Origin: Actinomycetota bacterium
GTDB taxonomy: Bacteria; Actinomycetota; Thermoleophilia; UBA2241
NCBI GenBank assembly: GCA_003132585.1
Contig: PKYG01000097.1
Location: 1,790 to 65,789, forward strand
Direction: 5' to 3'
DNA: 64,000 nucleotides
Below the pieces are notes generated by a model. The model had not been told where the DNA came from. It did not search any database and worked only from the letters and a program-made list of their open reading frames with translations. Below are positions 63,592 through 64,000 of this stretch, piece by piece. Made by a program: the position numbers and the translations under genes. Position 1 is the first letter of the stretch. The number at the start of each line of letters is the position of its first letter.

Positions 63592-64000
63592 ATGGCAAAG
63601 ACCGCACTGATCACCGGCATCACCGGCCAGGACGGGGCATATCTGGCGGAGCTGCTGCTCGAGAAAGGCTACATAGTGCACGGCATCAAGCGTCGCGCCA
63701 GCCTCTTCAACACGCACCGGGTCGACCATCTCTACTCCGATCCGCACAACACGGGCGTGCGCTTCTTCATGCACTACGGAGACATGACCGACGCCACCAA
63801 CCTGATCCGCATCGTGCAGGAGACGCAGCCCGACGAGATCTATAACCTCGCGGCACAGTCTCACGTGCTGGTGAGCTTCGAGACGGCCGAGTACACGGCC
63901 AACGCCGACGCGCTGGGCACACTGCGGCTGCTCGAGGCGATGCGCATCTGCGGCCTCGAGCACACGTCGCGCTTCTACCAGGCGTCGACGTCCGAGATGT
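63592..64000 (+). CDS. gmd: GDP-mannose 4,6-dehydratase, 3'-truncated by window end.
   Basis: [41 protein letters not shown]...YNLAAQSHV...[18 protein letters not shown] before ATG 63592. Confidence 0.85.
   Translation, partial: MAKTALITGITGQDGAYLAELLLEKGYIVHGIKRRASLFNTHRVDHLYSDPHNTGVRFFMHYGDMTDATNLIRIVQETQPDEIYNLAAQSHVLVSFETAEYTANADALGTLRLLEAMRICGLEHTSRFYQASTSEM

Noticed and set aside
1-64000. Searched for defence or other non-glycan systems (restriction-modification, toxin-antitoxin, Cas, nucleases/helicases, phage genes) and for tRNA/rRNA.
   Set aside because: No ORF showed nuclease, helicase, DNA-methylase target-recognition or Cas motifs. The only mobile DNA is the single IS21 element. 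No tRNA-like cloverleaf or rRNA-like regions were evident by eye.

Overview
High-GC (~70%) bacterial DNA with GTG/TTG starts and many ATGA/GTGA coupled gene junctions. The whole 64 kb window is a densely packed cell-surface glycan (O-antigen / S-layer glycan / EPS-type) biosynthesis island. It runs plus-strand for most of its length, with two minus-strand blocks: gmhB-gmhA-hddA-fkbM, and an IS21 element plus a second phosphoglycosyl transferase.

Nucleotide-sugar modules recognised:
(1) An unusual cassette at 1.1-7.3 kb: epimerase, ThDP enzyme, HpcH-like aldolase, SDR, DHQS-like cyclase and HAD phosphatase.
(2) A GtrB/GtrA::GT-C polyprenyl-phosphate-sugar glycosylation trio.
(3) The GDP-D-glycero-D-manno-heptose genes gmhB/gmhA/hddA.
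(4) A dimethylamino-deoxyhexose operon: 4,6-dehydratase-like SDR, cupin ketoisomerase, methyltransferases, DegT aminotransferase and a TylM1-like N-methyltransferase.
(5) A 3,6-dideoxy / branched-chain sugar module: split PDH-E1 alpha/beta, an E1/ColD-type 3-dehydratase with His in place of Lys, and an SDR.
(6) A WbpB/WbpE/WbpD-like module for a 2,3-diacetamido sugar.
(7) GDP-fucose synthesis (gmd partial, fcl) plus a GT10 fucosyltransferase.

Export and assembly genes mix hallmarks of both canonical pathways. There is an ABC transporter, Wzm plus a Wzt carrying a C-terminal carbohydrate-binding extension. There are also two diverged Wzy_C / O-antigen-ligase-like membrane proteins, a Wzc-like BY-kinase with a Tyr cluster, and two WbaP-type polyprenyl-phosphate glycosyl-phosphotransferases.

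At least 14 glycosyltransferases are present (GT2, GT4, GT10, GT-C and three CgeB/DUF3880-like), together with at least 8 methyltransferase-like genes, a hexapeptide O-acetyltransferase and a radical-SAM/SPASM enzyme.

Evolutionary scars: an IS21-family element with a frameshifted istA has split a small methyltransferase gene. A 190-bp duplication of the hddA 5' end flanks an inserted FkbM methyltransferase. A diverged duplicated junction with a decayed PDH-E1alpha fragment flanks a DUF268 gene. A three-gene module (Wzy_C, GT2, GT1-like) is tandemly duplicated, the first copy ending in a GT fragment.

No rRNA, tRNA or CRISPR arrays were seen, and no obvious defence system (nuclease, helicase or restriction-modification genes). 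All functional calls are by eye from motifs, without database searches.
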